Below, piece after piece: positions 51,153 through 61,474 of a stretch of 64,000 nt of DNA. The notes under the pieces are model-generated. The model worked only from the letters and a program-made list of their open reading frames with translations. It was not told the origin of the DNA and did not search any database. A program made the translations under genes and the position numbers. The stretch lies in assembly GCA_963727625.1 (NCBI GenBank), contig CAVSHR010000002.1, positions 256,001 through 320,000 on the forward strand. Reading direction: 5' to 3'. Origin of the DNA: an uncultured delta proteobacterium. GTDB lineage: Bacteria > Desulfobacterota > Binatia > UBA9968. Position 1 is the first letter of the stretch. Each line of letters opens with the position of its first letter.

Positions 51153-51205
51153 GAATACTACCAACGAACTATTGCGGGCCTTCGTCCGGGTTAAGGATTC
51201 ACTCC

Positions 51206-53482
51206 TCAGTTTGCATCGCCTAGCGCTAGCTCCCCATCCTTAGCTGTTTTCTCTTCGATCCAAGGTCTAAACTTTTCGTACAATTCCTTGAGCTTTGCCT
51301 TATAGTGTTCGACGTTTTCATCGGGATGCTGCGGATCCCAGTCCTTTGCCAGCTTGCAGTTGTCGCTGATTCTTACCTTCGCCTTCGCGCCGGTGACGTA
51401 GTACGAGATCTGGTCGCCGGGCTGATAAGGTCGCTCGGACTTCAGCGCCAGCTCGTAAGGCGCCGCGGCATTGCGTTTCTTCGCCTTGACTTTTGTCCGG
51501 TAACCGTCGAGCGAATCCTGCAAGGTTTCGGTTTTCATCAGCCAGGAAATATCCTTCCGATGTTTTTCGATGCCTTCGAGATAACGCGTGAAAAGCGCGG
51601 GAACTTGTTCCTTCTGCCCTTTTAACAAAAGCAATAGCATCTCTTCCAGCCATTCGCGTTGAAAAAGCTCCAGACCGCGCGAGCGCAACCCCGAGCCCTT
51701 GATGCGTAGTCTACCCTGCTCGTCGAGCAGGGCATAGTTTTTCATCTTGTAGCTGAACATGGCCGGGTAGCGGCCATCGAGTTCGAGTTCAATGCCTTTG
51801 GGCAAGATCTCGCCAAGCTGGAGGATCAAGCGCTGTTCGTCGGTTTCGGTCTTGACCTCGTCCGGGGGCACGAAGTAGATCCCGTCGGTATCCACTTCAA
51901 TAATTTTCGCATTTCTTTCCTTGAGCCATGCGACCGCCGATTGAATCAGTTCGCGCCCCTTGGAGGTGACCCGATTGGCAGCTTCGAAATCGTTGAAGTG
52001 GCCCATTTGAAACCCCAAATAGCCGTAGAACGAATTGATCAGAATTTTGAACGTCGATTGCAGCGCGTTGAAATAAACTTTGCTTTCCTCGTCGGCCGCG
52101 TCGCGCGCCAGCTCTTTGGCTTTGACGCGGAAACCGCGCAGATCCCGCAGCAGTCCGGCGAAGGCGCCAAGTTCGTCTTTCTTCGGCAGGTAATCGTAGA
52201 CCAGCATGATCGATGGATACAGCGAGGTGACATCGCAGTGCAGCACATGCCGGGCCGGCCCCTGGTGTTCCATGTGGGTAAAGCCGCCGACAACCTCGCG
52301 CCCCGCGTCGGCGTAAGGCACGGCGTGGCGTTGATGCAGATACTCGCGCAGGAACAGCCCGTCGATCTTGGTTGCGTTGCCGCGCAGCGGAATGTTCTGA
52401 TAGCTGAACGGGAAAATTTGCGCCTCGACGAAGTAGCTCGGCGAGAGAATCTCCGAGATGGCGCGGGTCTCGCGCACGTCGTCCAGGGCGTAGCGAAACA
52501 ACGTGTCGGGATCGTGGTCGAAGTACCAGCTGGTCTTGTCGCCGGGAATGTAGGTGCGGTTGTCGCCGGCGAGACCGAAGTGCCGGGCGATGTCTTTTAG
52601 ACCGAAATTTTCCAGCTCGCGGGTGGCCACGTCGTAGTGCTGGGCAAGAATCCAGGTGTCGATGATATGGCGGCCGAAGATTTCATATTTGCGGTAGTTG
52701 ATGGTGCGCTCGGCGATTTGCATGCGCGAGGCATGGCCGCCCAGGCGCGAGCCGTCCCGCCCCAACTTCAAACTTACTTTGTGTCGCTTGGCTCGCGCTT
52801 CGATATATTCCAGATCGAAGCGAAAAAGATTGTGCCCCTCGACCACGTCGGGGTCGCGTTGTTGGATTTCTTTGACCATCTCGCCGAGCATCTCGGCTTC
52901 GTCAAACTCTTTGCCCGAAATCAGTCGCTCCCAGCCAGTGGAGTCGGACATGGCGATGGCGGTGATCCGGTCGCTGTCGCGCGCGGCGTTGGGAAAACTA
53001 AAACCTTCTTGGCAATAGGTCTCGATGTCGATCTGCAGGCGCATGAGTTCGCTGAAGCTCATGCCGAGAAAGTGGGTCTTGCCGGAAAGCAGAAAAAACT
53101 GCTGCAATGGGTCACTGAAATACCAATAGGGGGCGTCGCCTGCCGAAGGTGTTTTCCCGGTTGCTTTTTGCAAGAATGTTTTGGCGTCGTCGAGTTCCCT
53201 AAGGCCAGGAAACAGCGCCAGACGATTGAATGCGCCGTTACCCGCCAGCCGTTCGATCTGCGCTTCGCCCTGCCAGCCCTTCAAGGGGTCGTCTCCGGCC
53301 AGGAACAGCAGCGGTTGAAACGGCACGGTTTCAGAGCGCGTGGCGCCGTCGTCGCGGGCATAGATCCGCATCTGATCGTCGTTTTCAATTTCAAACGCGA
53401 TCAACGCAGGCGCGCCGTCGTGACCGAACAGCACTTCGTTTTTCTGAAACAACGGCGGGAGTAAGGGACGTGATCCTTTCAT
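51206..53482 (-). CDS. Family B DNA polymerase with 3'-5' exonuclease domain
   Basis: Exo motifs DIET, GHNLFRFD, YALDD; Pol motifs DVTSLYPS, KILINSFYGY, DTDG. Confidence 0.93.
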   Translation of the reverse strand: MKGSRPLLPPLFQKNEVLFGHDGAPALIAFEIENDDQMRIYARDDGATRSETVPFQPLLFLAGDDPLKGWQGEAQIERLAGNGAFNRLALFPGLRELDDAKTFLQKATGKTPSAGDAPYWYFSDPLQQFFLLSGKTHFLGMSFSELMRLQIDIETYCQEGFSFPNAARDSDRITAIAMSDSTGWERLISGKEFDEAEMLGEMVKEIQQRDPDVVEGHNLFRFDLEYIEARAKRHKVSLKLGRDGSRLGGHASRMQIAERTINYRKYEIFGRHIIDTWILAQHYDVATRELENFGLKDIARHFGLAGDNRTYIPGDKTSWYFDHDPDTLFRYALDDVRETRAISEILSPSYFVEAQIFPFSYQNIPLRGNATKIDGLFLREYLHQRHAVPYADAGREVVGGFTHMEHQGPARHVLHCDVTSLYPSIMLVYDYLPKKDELGAFAGLLRDLRGFRVKAKELARDAADEESKVYFNALQSTFKILINSFYGYLGFQMGHFNDFEAANRVTSKGRELIQSAVAWLKERNAKIIEVDTDGIYFVPPDEVKTETDEQRLILQLGEILPKGIELELDGRYPAMFSYKMKNYALLDEQGRLRIKGSGLRSRGLELFQREWLEEMLLLLLKGQKEQVPALFTRYLEGIEKHRKDISWLMKTETLQDSLDGYRTKVKAKKRNAAAPYELALKSERPYQPGDQISYYVTGAKAKVRISDNCKLAKDWDPQHPDENVEHYKAKLKELYEKFRPWIEEKTAKDGELALGDAN

Positions 53483-53614
53483 GGCGTTTCTCGGAATATA
53501 GCAAACCGTCGGCGCAACTCCTAGTCGAAGGAGCGCCGCGAGGTCGACGCACGCTGCCTTACCTAGGCGATTTTTTGCTGGAGCGATCCGGCGAAGTTAT
53601 GGTACGATATCCGT

Positions 53615-54394
53615 ATGGAAGCTCTGAGTTATGATAGCCGTCCGGCGTTGCGCGCCCCCGTGCTGGTTTTATCTTTTGCCGGATGGAGCGATGCCGGTGC
53701 TGCGGCGACGACCGCGGTTCGCTATCTCGTCGATCAGCTGATCGGTAAAAAATTTGCCGAAATCGATCCCGAAGAGTTCTATGATTTTTACCGCCAGCGA
53801 CCGGTGGTACGCTTGAACGAGCAGAAGATGCGCGAGATTCATTGGCCGTCTTACGATTTCTACCATGGAGCCGGCACGGGCATCGACAAGGATTTCGTTT
53901 TCGGTATCGGCGCCGAGCCGCACTTGCGCTGGCGGACTTTTACCGAGACCATGCTGCGCTTTGCGCGCGACTGCCAGGCTGAAGCGGTGGTCACGCTGGG
54001 CGCCTATCTCGACGAGGTGCTCTACACGCGGCCGGTCCCGCTCAGCGGGTTTTCGACCGACCCCAAGCTGATGGAGGAATTGAATCTGCTGCCGTCGCGT
54101 TATCAAGGGCCGACCGGCATCATCGGCGTGCTTGCCGACGCCTGTCGCGCGGCCAACATACCGCACTTGAGCCTGTGGGCTTCGTTGCCTCATTACCTCG
54201 CAATATCGCCCAACCCGCGCGGTACCCTGGCGTTGCTGCTGCGGCTCAATCAATGGCTTGGTCTGCGCGTGGACACCGGTCCACTGGAGCGTGCCGCGGC
54301 CGACTTCCAGGCCAAGATCAACGAAGCCGTCAACGCCGATCCTAAACTCACCGCATTTGTGCGCGAACTAAAGAAACGCGAATTCGAACAGTGA
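53615..54394 (+). CDS. PAC2 family (proteasome assembly chaperone-like) protein
   Basis: FAGWSDAG, DPEEFYDF..RP, EPHLRW, YQGPTGI and WASLPHY. Confidence 0.88.
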   Translation: MEALSYDSRPALRAPVLVLSFAGWSDAGAAATTAVRYLVDQLIGKKFAEIDPEEFYDFYRQRPVVRLNEQKMREIHWPSYDFYHGAGTGIDKDFVFGIGAEPHLRWRTFTETMLRFARDCQAEAVVTLGAYLDEVLYTRPVPLSGFSTDPKLMEELNLLPSRYQGPTGIIGVLADACRAANIPHLSLWASLPHYLAISPNPRGTLALLLRLNQWLGLRVDTGPLERAAADFQAKINEAVNADPKLTAFVRELKKREFEQ

Positions 54395-55101
54395 AGCTCT
54401 CTGTCCTGGTTCCCGTCTACAACGAAGAGCGCACCCTGGAAGAGCTCATCCACCGCGTTTGCGCGGTGCCGATGGCGAAGGAAATCATTCTCGTGGACGA
54501 CGGCTCGAAGGATCGCAGCCGGGAAATATTGGCTCGATTGCAGGAGGAATATGCCAAAACCGGGGACGCGCTCAATCGGATTAAAGTTATTTTTCAAGCC
54601 CAAAATGAAGGTAAGGGGGCAGCGTTGAAAGCCGCCATCAGCCAGGTGACCGGTGAAATTGTGATCATACAAGACGCCGATCTCGAGTACGATCCGAAGG
54701 ACTATCCGAGCTTGCTTCAGCCCATTGAAGCCGGTCTGGCCGACGTCGTATACGGCACCCGCTTCGCCGGCGGCGGCGCGCATCGCGTGCTGTTTTTCTG
54801 GCATTCCTTGGGCAACCGCTTGCTGACGCTGCTGTCCAATATGCTCACCAATCTCAATCTCTCCGATATGGAAGTGGGCTACAAGGTTTTTCGCGCCGAG
54901 CTATTGAAGGGCATCGAGCTCAAATCGAAACGCTTTGGTTTCGAACCCGAGATCACCATCAAATTGGCGAAGAAGCGCTGCCGGTTTTACGAAGTGCCGA
55001 TTTCCTACCACGGCCGCACTTACGAAGAAGGGAAGAAGATTACCTGGAAGGATGGCCTTGCCGCATTGTATTCCATGATCCGCTTTCGCTTCAGCGATTG
55101 A
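54391..55101 (+). CDS. GT2 glycosyltransferase (polyprenol-phosphate mannose synthase-like)
   Basis: PVYNE, VDDGS, GKGAA, QDADLEYDP, FGFEPE and EGKKITWKDG. Confidence 0.94.
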   Translation: MKLSVLVPVYNEERTLEELIHRVCAVPMAKEIILVDDGSKDRSREILARLQEEYAKTGDALNRIKVIFQAQNEGKGAALKAAISQVTGEIVIIQDADLEYDPKDYPSLLQPIEAGLADVVYGTRFAGGGAHRVLFFWHSLGNRLLTLLSNMLTNLNLSDMEVGYKVFRAELLKGIELKSKRFGFEPEITIKLAKKRCRFYEVPISYHGRTYEEGKKITWKDGLAALYSMIRFRFSD

Positions 55102-55176
55102 ACTGACGGCGTCCAGGTGTAGCACCGCCGCCGAATGTCAAGAGGCGCACGAGCCACCCCGTCGTCAATCGACCAT

Positions 55177-56127
55177 CTAACCGCGTGCTCCGTCGGCCCA
55201 CAGATCGTCCATGTAATCGCGCAGCGCGTCTTTCAGAGGGAACTTCGGCGCGTAGCCTAACTCAGCCTTTGACACGCTGATGTCCATCGGGATGCTGCGG
55301 CTTTTATCGGCGCTGCTGGTGCCGCTGACGTTGACGTCGATATTGGGCGCCAGTTCTTTGACGACTTGGGCAAGCGCGTCGGGACCATGCACCGCGCCGG
55401 ACCCCGCGTTATAGATGCGCTGCTTGAGACTCTGCGCTTGGCAAGCGAGGAGTAGTGCCGAGCCGACGTCTTTGCCGTAAACATATTCGTTGGGACCGTA
55501 GGTTTTGGCCGCGATAGTGATCGGATCGCCTTTGATAATGCTCAGCGCCAGATCGCGCATGACCCTGCCGACGGTGGAGCCGCCAACGTAAAAACCGCGG
55601 CCGAACACGCCGCCGGGCCGGATAATGACGGTGTCGAGGTTGTACATGCTTGCATAAGCGTGAACCAGATACTCGGAGCAGACTTTGGTCGTGGCGTAAA
55701 GGTTGTGGCCGCCGATCGGATGGGTTTCATGGATGACCGTATCTGCAATTTTGCTCCGATCGTAGACGCCGAAGGTGCTTACGTAAACCACCCGGCGCAG
55801 CTTGCGCAGCCGCGCGGCTTCCAAAACATTGATCGTGCCGAGGATATTGTTGGTGGCGCCGGTGTAAGAATTTTCCTGGACGCGGCCGCCGATCAAGCCG
55901 GCGGTGTGCACCATCGTATCGACGTTGAACTTCTCCATGGCGCTCAACAGCGCGGGTAAATCGCGCATGTCGGCTGCGACTACGTCGGCCTTGTCCTTGC
56001 CGACGATTTTCTGGATGTAATCGCGGTTGGGAGAAAGATCGAAAAGTACGACCTTGTGGCCGGCGTCTACGGCGTGGCGCGCGGCGTTGGACCCGATCAA
56101 TCCGGCTCCGGTGATGAGGATGTTCAT
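55177..56127 (-). CDS. NAD-dependent epimerase/dehydratase
   Basis: TGAGLIG, GTINVLEA and YATTK. Confidence 0.92.
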   Translation of the reverse strand: MNILITGAGLIGSNAARHAVDAGHKVVLFDLSPNRDYIQKIVGKDKADVVAADMRDLPALLSAMEKFNVDTMVHTAGLIGGRVQENSYTGATNNILGTINVLEAARLRKLRRVVYVSTFGVYDRSKIADTVIHETHPIGGHNLYATTKVCSEYLVHAYASMYNLDTVIIRPGGVFGRGFYVGGSTVGRVMRDLALSIIKGDPITIAAKTYGPNEYVYGKDVGSALLLACQAQSLKQRIYNAGSGAVHGPDALAQVVKELAPNIDVNVSGTSSADKSRSIPMDISVSKAELGYAPKFPLKDALRDYMDDLWADGARG

Positions 56128-56239
56128 GGCGGGTAGACTCCTTCTAGTTTTGTCGCGGCGCGGCGCCGTCGGTCCCGGCGATTATTCGTCACGGATGAGA
56201 TGCGATGCTTAGATGGTTAGCGCCAGCGCGCGCTGAAAT

Positions 56240-57220
56240 TCATTTGATCCCCAATTCCTGATTCACTTCGCGTTGCAAGCTGAAATCAAAGATCCGTGAC
56301 GCAGGCACCGGCGCGCGGAGCTTGAGCAGCTCGGCGTCGGCGCGTAAGAAGTCCGCGACTTCTTTGTCCGTCGGCAAACCGTTGGCCGTAAATGCCGGGC
56401 GGGCGAGCCGGTAGGATTCCAGGGCGACCGGAATGTCCACGTTTAAATATTTCGCCAGGACCTCGGCCGTGCCGCGTTCGTTGTCCCAGAGGTAACGGTG
56501 CGCGCGCGAGCGGGCGCGCAGGATGCGCTTGACCAAGTCTCTGCGCTCGCGCAGATTTTTTTCCGTCACGGCCAGCCCATTCTGCAAGTTTGGCAGGTCT
56601 TCGAGCGTGCTGCCGTGTATCCTCAATTTAAATTTATCGCGCGCCAGGATGACCGTGGGAGGAGACAGCGCGGCCAACTGGATGACGCCGTTGACGAGAC
56701 TTTGCAGCTGTGCCGGAACATCGCCGCCGATGACCGTGGTTATATCTTTTTCGGGGTCCAAGCCGGCTTTTTTCAGTAGCCGCAGGGCGGCCATATGCTG
56801 CGAACCGCCAAAGGTCGTGGTGCCGAAGACCTTGCCCTTGAGCTCGGCGAGAGACTTCACTTCGGGCTTGGTAACCAGCCAAAAGAGATTTTTCTTCAAG
56901 CTCTGCGAGACAACTTTTAACGGCAGCTCGGATCGTTCCATAGCGCGGATCACCGTGCCGACGTTATTGATCGCGTGGGCCTCGCCGCTCAACAGCGCGG
57001 TGACGGCGATATTGCCTCTGACCTGCACGACCTCGGCGAGCAGCCCTTCCTGGCGGAAGAAGCCGCGATCCTGAGCGATGTAGAGGTCGACGGACGCGAT
57101 GCTGCGGCTCGGGTAGGTGATCACAATCCGCTCGAGGCCTTGCTGCCCCGGCGCGCTGGCGGGAAAATTCAAGCCGAGCAAGAGGGCCGCACAAAATAGC
57201 TTCAATGCTAATCTTATCAT
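56240..57220 (-). CDS. ABC transporter substrate-binding protein (NMT1/THI5/SsuA-like)
   Basis: Signal peptide, GFFRQEGL and LKGK; no adjacent permease. Confidence 0.88.
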   Translation of the reverse strand: MIRLALKLFCAALLLGLNFPASAPGQQGLERIVITYPSRSIASVDLYIAQDRGFFRQEGLLAEVVQVRGNIAVTALLSGEAHAINNVGTVIRAMERSELPLKVVSQSLKKNLFWLVTKPEVKSLAELKGKVFGTTTFGGSQHMAALRLLKKAGLDPEKDITTVIGGDVPAQLQSLVNGVIQLAALSPPTVILARDKFKLRIHGSTLEDLPNLQNGLAVTEKNLRERRDLVKRILRARSRAHRYLWDNERGTAEVLAKYLNVDIPVALESYRLARPAFTANGLPTDKEVADFLRADAELLKLRAPVPASRIFDFSLQREVNQELGIK

Positions 57221-57371
57221 CAGGCTTTCGATGTTTATTAGTGCATTCAGCGCGGATGTCAAGAAGTTAGCAGCGATCGGCAGGCCTCGGCCCGCAGCCC
57301 CATGCTCGTCGGTCTCTTGAAACCGGCCGGCGAGTTACAGTATACAAATGCCAGCAAGGGGGACCAGTCGG

Positions 57372-57791
57372 ATGAAAGTTAAACAAATCTACCATATCGG
57401 TTTGCCGTGCAACGATCTGGAGCGGGCGGTGAAATTTTACAGTGAAGTGCTCGGCATGAAGTGCACCAAGATCGGCTACGACACCGAAAGCGGCGGTCCC
57501 TACAAAGACAAATACGGTATGTTTCCCAACATCGCCCGGCTATTCATGGAAGACGGCATGTGTCTGGTTCTGTTCCAAAGGCCGGCGGCGCTGGAGCGGG
57601 GCGACTTCGACGAAGGCACTTCGCACTTGGCGTTGGAAGTCGGCTCGGAAGACTTCGGCAAGGCCACCGATGAATTGAAAAAGGCCGGAGTCAAAGTTTT
57701 GATCGACACGCCTGTGGTTCGCCCGACCGGCAAGGCGATCTATTTTTTCGACACCGAGCAGAATTACATCCAGCTCTGGTCGCGCGCCTGA
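57372..57791 (+). CDS. VOC family (glyoxalase-like) protein
   Basis: HIGLPCNDLERAVKFY, HLALEV and YFFDTEQN. Confidence 0.9.
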   Translation: MKVKQIYHIGLPCNDLERAVKFYSEVLGMKCTKIGYDTESGGPYKDKYGMFPNIARLFMEDGMCLVLFQRPAALERGDFDEGTSHLALEVGSEDFGKATDELKKAGVKVLIDTPVVRPTGKAIYFFDTEQNYIQLWSRA

Positions 57792-57887
57792 AAGCTAAGG
57801 TCAATTTAGAGTTTCGGTGGTCGCATCCCGGGTTGACGCAGCTCCACCAACCCAAATCTAGATTTCCCGAGTTTTTGGACGGATCGT

Positions 57888-58709
57888 TCAGGGGGCTCGG
57901 GGAAGGTCTTTTTCCCCGTCCGCCAAGCGGCGCGCCGATGTGAGAAAACCGGTGTGCGCCACCATGCGATGCTGCGGCCGCGCGCTCATGCCTTTGAAGT
58001 GCCAGTATCGCATCAAGGTTTCGGTGGTTTCGATGCAGGCGAAGCGTTTGTCGTCGCGCAGGGCGTCGACCAGATTTTTGACCTGCAACACCGTCGGCAA
58101 ATAACTGAGTAAAAAACCGCCCGGCCGCAGAACTTTCCAGGCCCGCTCGACGACCTTCCACGGTTCGGGGAGGTCGAGAAGCACGCGATCGATATTGGTT
58201 TCGTCGAGCTCAAGCGCTACGTCGGCGATTTTCACGGTCCAATTGGGCGCGGCGCCGAAGTAGCGCTCGACGTTTTTCTGGGCGAGCTCGGCGAAATCTT
58301 CGCGGATTTCGTAGGAAATCAATTGACCGGAATCGCCGATGGCGCGCAGCAGCGCCATGGTCAGCGCGCCGGCACCGACGCCGGATTCCACGACCCGCGC
58401 GCCGGGAAAAAGATCGGCCCAGAGCAGGATCGGACCGATGTCTTTGGGGTAGATCACCTGGGCACTGCGCGGCAGGTTGGGAATCAACTGCGGCAGACTG
58501 GGGCGGAAAATTAAAAACGGCTCGTTCACCGAAGAGCGCACCACGCTGCCTTCTTCGCGACTGATAATCTCGTCGACGGCGATCTTGCCGCCGCGGATTG
58601 AGATGCCGCGGCGCTGATCGAGGCGCGCGAGGTACTCGCGGTCCTTGCGATCGAGCAACACCACGGCTTCGCCGGGCTGAAACGGACCCTTGGGGTAATG
58701 CGTGTTCAA
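57888..58709 (-). CDS. trmI: tRNA (adenine-58-N1)-methyltransferase TrmI
   Basis: PRSAQVIYPKD, ESGVGAGAL, LDLPEPW and RPQHRMVAHTGFL; start codon approximate. Confidence 0.92.
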   Translation of the reverse strand: MNTHYPKGPFQPGEAVVLLDRKDREYLARLDQRRGISIRGGKIAVDEIISREEGSVVRSSVNEPFLIFRPSLPQLIPNLPRSAQVIYPKDIGPILLWADLFPGARVVESGVGAGALTMALLRAIGDSGQLISYEIREDFAELAQKNVERYFGAAPNWTVKIADVALELDETNIDRVLLDLPEPWKVVERAWKVLRPGGFLLSYLPTVLQVKNLVDALRDDKRFACIETTETLMRYWHFKGMSARPQHRMVAHTGFLTSARRLADGEKDLPRAP

Positions 58710-58737
58710 AATATTGACGGAGTTTACGGTCAAATAG

Positions 58738-59847
58738 CTAAACGGTATAGGAGGCAAATCCCTTGCGCTTCAACGCGTCGACCAAGTCGCGCACTTCCTG
58801 CGAGCGTCGAAGGTCGCCGACCAAAAGCGCGTCCGGTGTGTCAACGACGACAGTATTTTCCATGCCTAAAAGAACGACCAAACGATCGGGCGCGTGGACC
58901 AGGCAGTTTTTCGCGCCGAGGCCGAACCACCGGCCGGCGCTGGCATTGCCATCGGTGTCTTGCTTCATCATGCGATGCACCGCCGCCCAACTTCCGACAT
59001 CGCTCCAGCCGAAGTTGGCTTCGACAGTCAAAACATTTCCCTCGGCGCCGGCCTTCTCCATCACCGCGAAATCGATGGAGAGACTGGGCAGCTTAGCATA
59101 CTCGCGCGCGATAATGGCGCGAAGTTTCGGGGTCAGCCTGGAAAGCGATCTTCCCTTGGCGGCGCGCTCGATGGTTTCGAGACCCTTGGCGATCGCCGGC
59201 TGATACCGCGACAGCATCCGAAGCAGGGTAGCGGCTTTCCAGACGAAGATTCCGCTGTTCCATAAAGAGCCTTGGCGAAGCAGCCGGCGGGCGACCGCAA
59301 GCTTGGGCTTCTCGGTAAAACGCTTCACCACGAAGGCATTCGCGGTCTTTGCGCCGATCGCTTTGCCTTTCATGATATAGCCGTAGCCCGTTTCCGGATA
59401 ATCCGGCCGGATGCCGATGGTTACCAACTGGTCGTGACGCAAGGCGAGCTTGACGGCGGCTTTGAGAGCGCGCCGAAACCTCGCACTATCGGCCACCCAA
59501 TGATCGGCGGGCAGTACGATCATGACCGCGTCGGGATTTTTCCGGACAACTTCCAAGGCGGCTAGACCGATACAGGGCGCGGTATTTTTACCCACCGGCT
59601 CGGCGAGAAAACTGTTTTTTGGTAATTCAGGCAAGTCGCGGCGCAACGCGTTAATCTGGTCGGAGATGGTAACGACCAAGGTCTGCTTGCGGCCGCTGAG
59701 CGCATGGATGCGCTCGGCGGTCTCTTTGAGCAAGCTTTTCCGGCTCAAAATTTTCAGTAACTGCTTCGGCCTTCGGGCGCGGCTGAGTGGCCAGAAGCGC
59801 GTCCCTTTGCCGCCGGCGATGATCACACTAAAACAGTTGGTCGGCAT
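58738..59847 (-). CDS. manC: Mannose-1-phosphate guanylyltransferase
   Basis: AGGKGTRFWPLSR, PKQLL, NTAPC, PADH, ETGYGYI, WNSG and WSDVGSW. Confidence 0.94.
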   Translation of the reverse strand: MPTNCFSVIIAGGKGTRFWPLSRARRPKQLLKILSRKSLLKETAERIHALSGRKQTLVVTISDQINALRRDLPELPKNSFLAEPVGKNTAPCIGLAALEVVRKNPDAVMIVLPADHWVADSARFRRALKAAVKLALRHDQLVTIGIRPDYPETGYGYIMKGKAIGAKTANAFVVKRFTEKPKLAVARRLLRQGSLWNSGIFVWKAATLLRMLSRYQPAIAKGLETIERAAKGRSLSRLTPKLRAIIAREYAKLPSLSIDFAVMEKAGAEGNVLTVEANFGWSDVGSWAAVHRMMKQDTDGNASAGRWFGLGAKNCLVHAPDRLVVLLGMENTVVVDTPDALLVGDLRRSQEVRDLVDALKRKGFASYTV

Positions 59848-59895
59848 TCGCTGGTCCTCATTGATGAGATCGCGAGTTATAGTACGGTAGTCGGT

Positions 59896-60864
59896 ATGGC
59901 GGATCAAGTAAATCCCAACAGGACGCGATCTTGGACGCATGGCGCGGAGCGTGAGCCCATTCGCCTGGACGCATTTATCCGCGAGTGTCTGCCCCACTTA
60001 TCTCGGCGGGAGGTCGATATCGCGATCCGCGAGGGTCTATTTTGCATCAACGGCATAGTGAGTAAGAAGGGCGAGCGGCTGCGCGGCGGCGATTCTCTCC
60101 GATTCGCAGGCCCCGCAGCCTGGTTGGCGTCAAGACCACTAGCCGATTTCGAGCTCGATGTGCCGATCGTGTACGAAGACTCAGGGATTTTGCTCGTCAA
60201 TAAACCCGGCGGCATGGCGACCCATGGCTTTTCCGGACGCGACCGCGGCACACTGGCGAATTTTTTGCTTGCTCGCCGGCCCAACCTCATCAACATCGGC
60301 AAGAATCGCTGGGAGCCGGGAATCGTGCATCGGCTGGATCGCGATACCTCGGGGCTCGTGTTGGTCGCCAAAACCCAGGCCTCCTTCGAAAATTTGCAAT
60401 TGCAGTTCCAGCGCCGCCAAGTGGAGAAAACCTACCGGGCGCTGGTTTTGGGAAAGACTCCGGCCGCAGGGACGATCGATTTTCCGCTCGCACACGCGCG
60501 CGGCGACAAGCAACGGATGATCGCGTTATTTCGGCCGACAAAAGAATCGAAGCTCCGTAAATGGAACGCGATCACTCGGTACCGTAAACTGGCCGGCGCG
60601 CGGGGCCTTAGCCTGCTAGAAATTGTTATGGAGACCGGCGTGACCCATCAGATCAGGGTTCATTTGGCCGCGCTCGGCCATCCAATCGTCGCCGATCCGC
60701 TCTATGGCGCCGAGGGCGCGGATAGATACACGCTCGAACGCCATTTTTTACATGCCTATGGCCTAAAGTTTTACCATCCTGAGGACGGCCGATCTTTGGA
60801 AGTCGTAGCGGATTTACCGGCTGAACTGGCGGAGCTTTTGCGGCGCCTTAAAATCGCGGTCTAA
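59896..60864 (+). CDS. RluA/RluD-family pseudouridine synthase
   Basis: S4-like N-terminus, NKPGG, HRLDRDTSG and TGVTHQIRVH. Confidence 0.94.
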   Translation: MADQVNPNRTRSWTHGAEREPIRLDAFIRECLPHLSRREVDIAIREGLFCINGIVSKKGERLRGGDSLRFAGPAAWLASRPLADFELDVPIVYEDSGILLVNKPGGMATHGFSGRDRGTLANFLLARRPNLINIGKNRWEPGIVHRLDRDTSGLVLVAKTQASFENLQLQFQRRQVEKTYRALVLGKTPAAGTIDFPLAHARGDKQRMIALFRPTKESKLRKWNAITRYRKLAGARGLSLLEIVMETGVTHQIRVHLAALGHPIVADPLYGAEGADRYTLERHFLHAYGLKFYHPEDGRSLEVVADLPAELAELLRRLKIAV

Positions 60865-61220
60865 GCAGCGCTGCTGCGGATGCCTTTGGCTTTGGCGCAA
60901 CTGCCGCAGTAGTTGTTGAGTGTGACGGCTTCTTCCATCCAGCCTTCATCGAGGTTGTGACAGATTTTTTTGCACTCGAAGCAGATGAAGTAGAGGCCGT
61001 CGATGCTCTTGTTGATCTTTTCCCGATTGAGCACCCGGCCCCTGAGCTTCTCGATACGAATGCCAAGAAGCTCTTCATAGTTCTTTTTGATCTTGCGACG
61101 GCCCGCTTCGTCACTTGGAAGATCTTCGTCTTCCGATTCATCGTGGGTGCCGTCGTCGATATAGTCGTGAGTTCGGTCTTTTGCGGCACGACCAGCGTTT
61201 TTCTTTTTTGCCCGTGGCAT
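60861..61220 (-). CDS. Small hypothetical protein with CxxC...CxxC putative zinc site
   Basis: AGGAG RBS; basic/acidic N-terminus; CFECKKIC and YCGSC. Confidence 0.75.
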   Translation of the reverse strand: MPRAKKKNAGRAAKDRTHDYIDDGTHDESEDEDLPSDEAGRRKIKKNYEELLGIRIEKLRGRVLNREKINKSIDGLYFICFECKKICHNLDEGWMEEAVTLNNYCGSCAKAKGIRSSAA

Positions 61221-61474
61221 CTTGCGTTTGATACTCCTAAATCCGACTGGTCTGTTTGATCTTTTGTTTTACGGTTGTCTGGACGATTTTATTTCATAAT
61301 GAACGGTGCGGAGCTTGTCAATAGCGGTCCGCTTGACGCCCTTCGCTGATTGCGTTGACTTCGCTCGCTGATCCCGTTACCCAAGTTTCAGGAACAGGAT
61401 TTCCCGTTCGCGCTTGTCTTCGCTTGCCCAATATCGCGGATCCGGAGCTGCCAACTTTAATCTGAGGAGCCATC

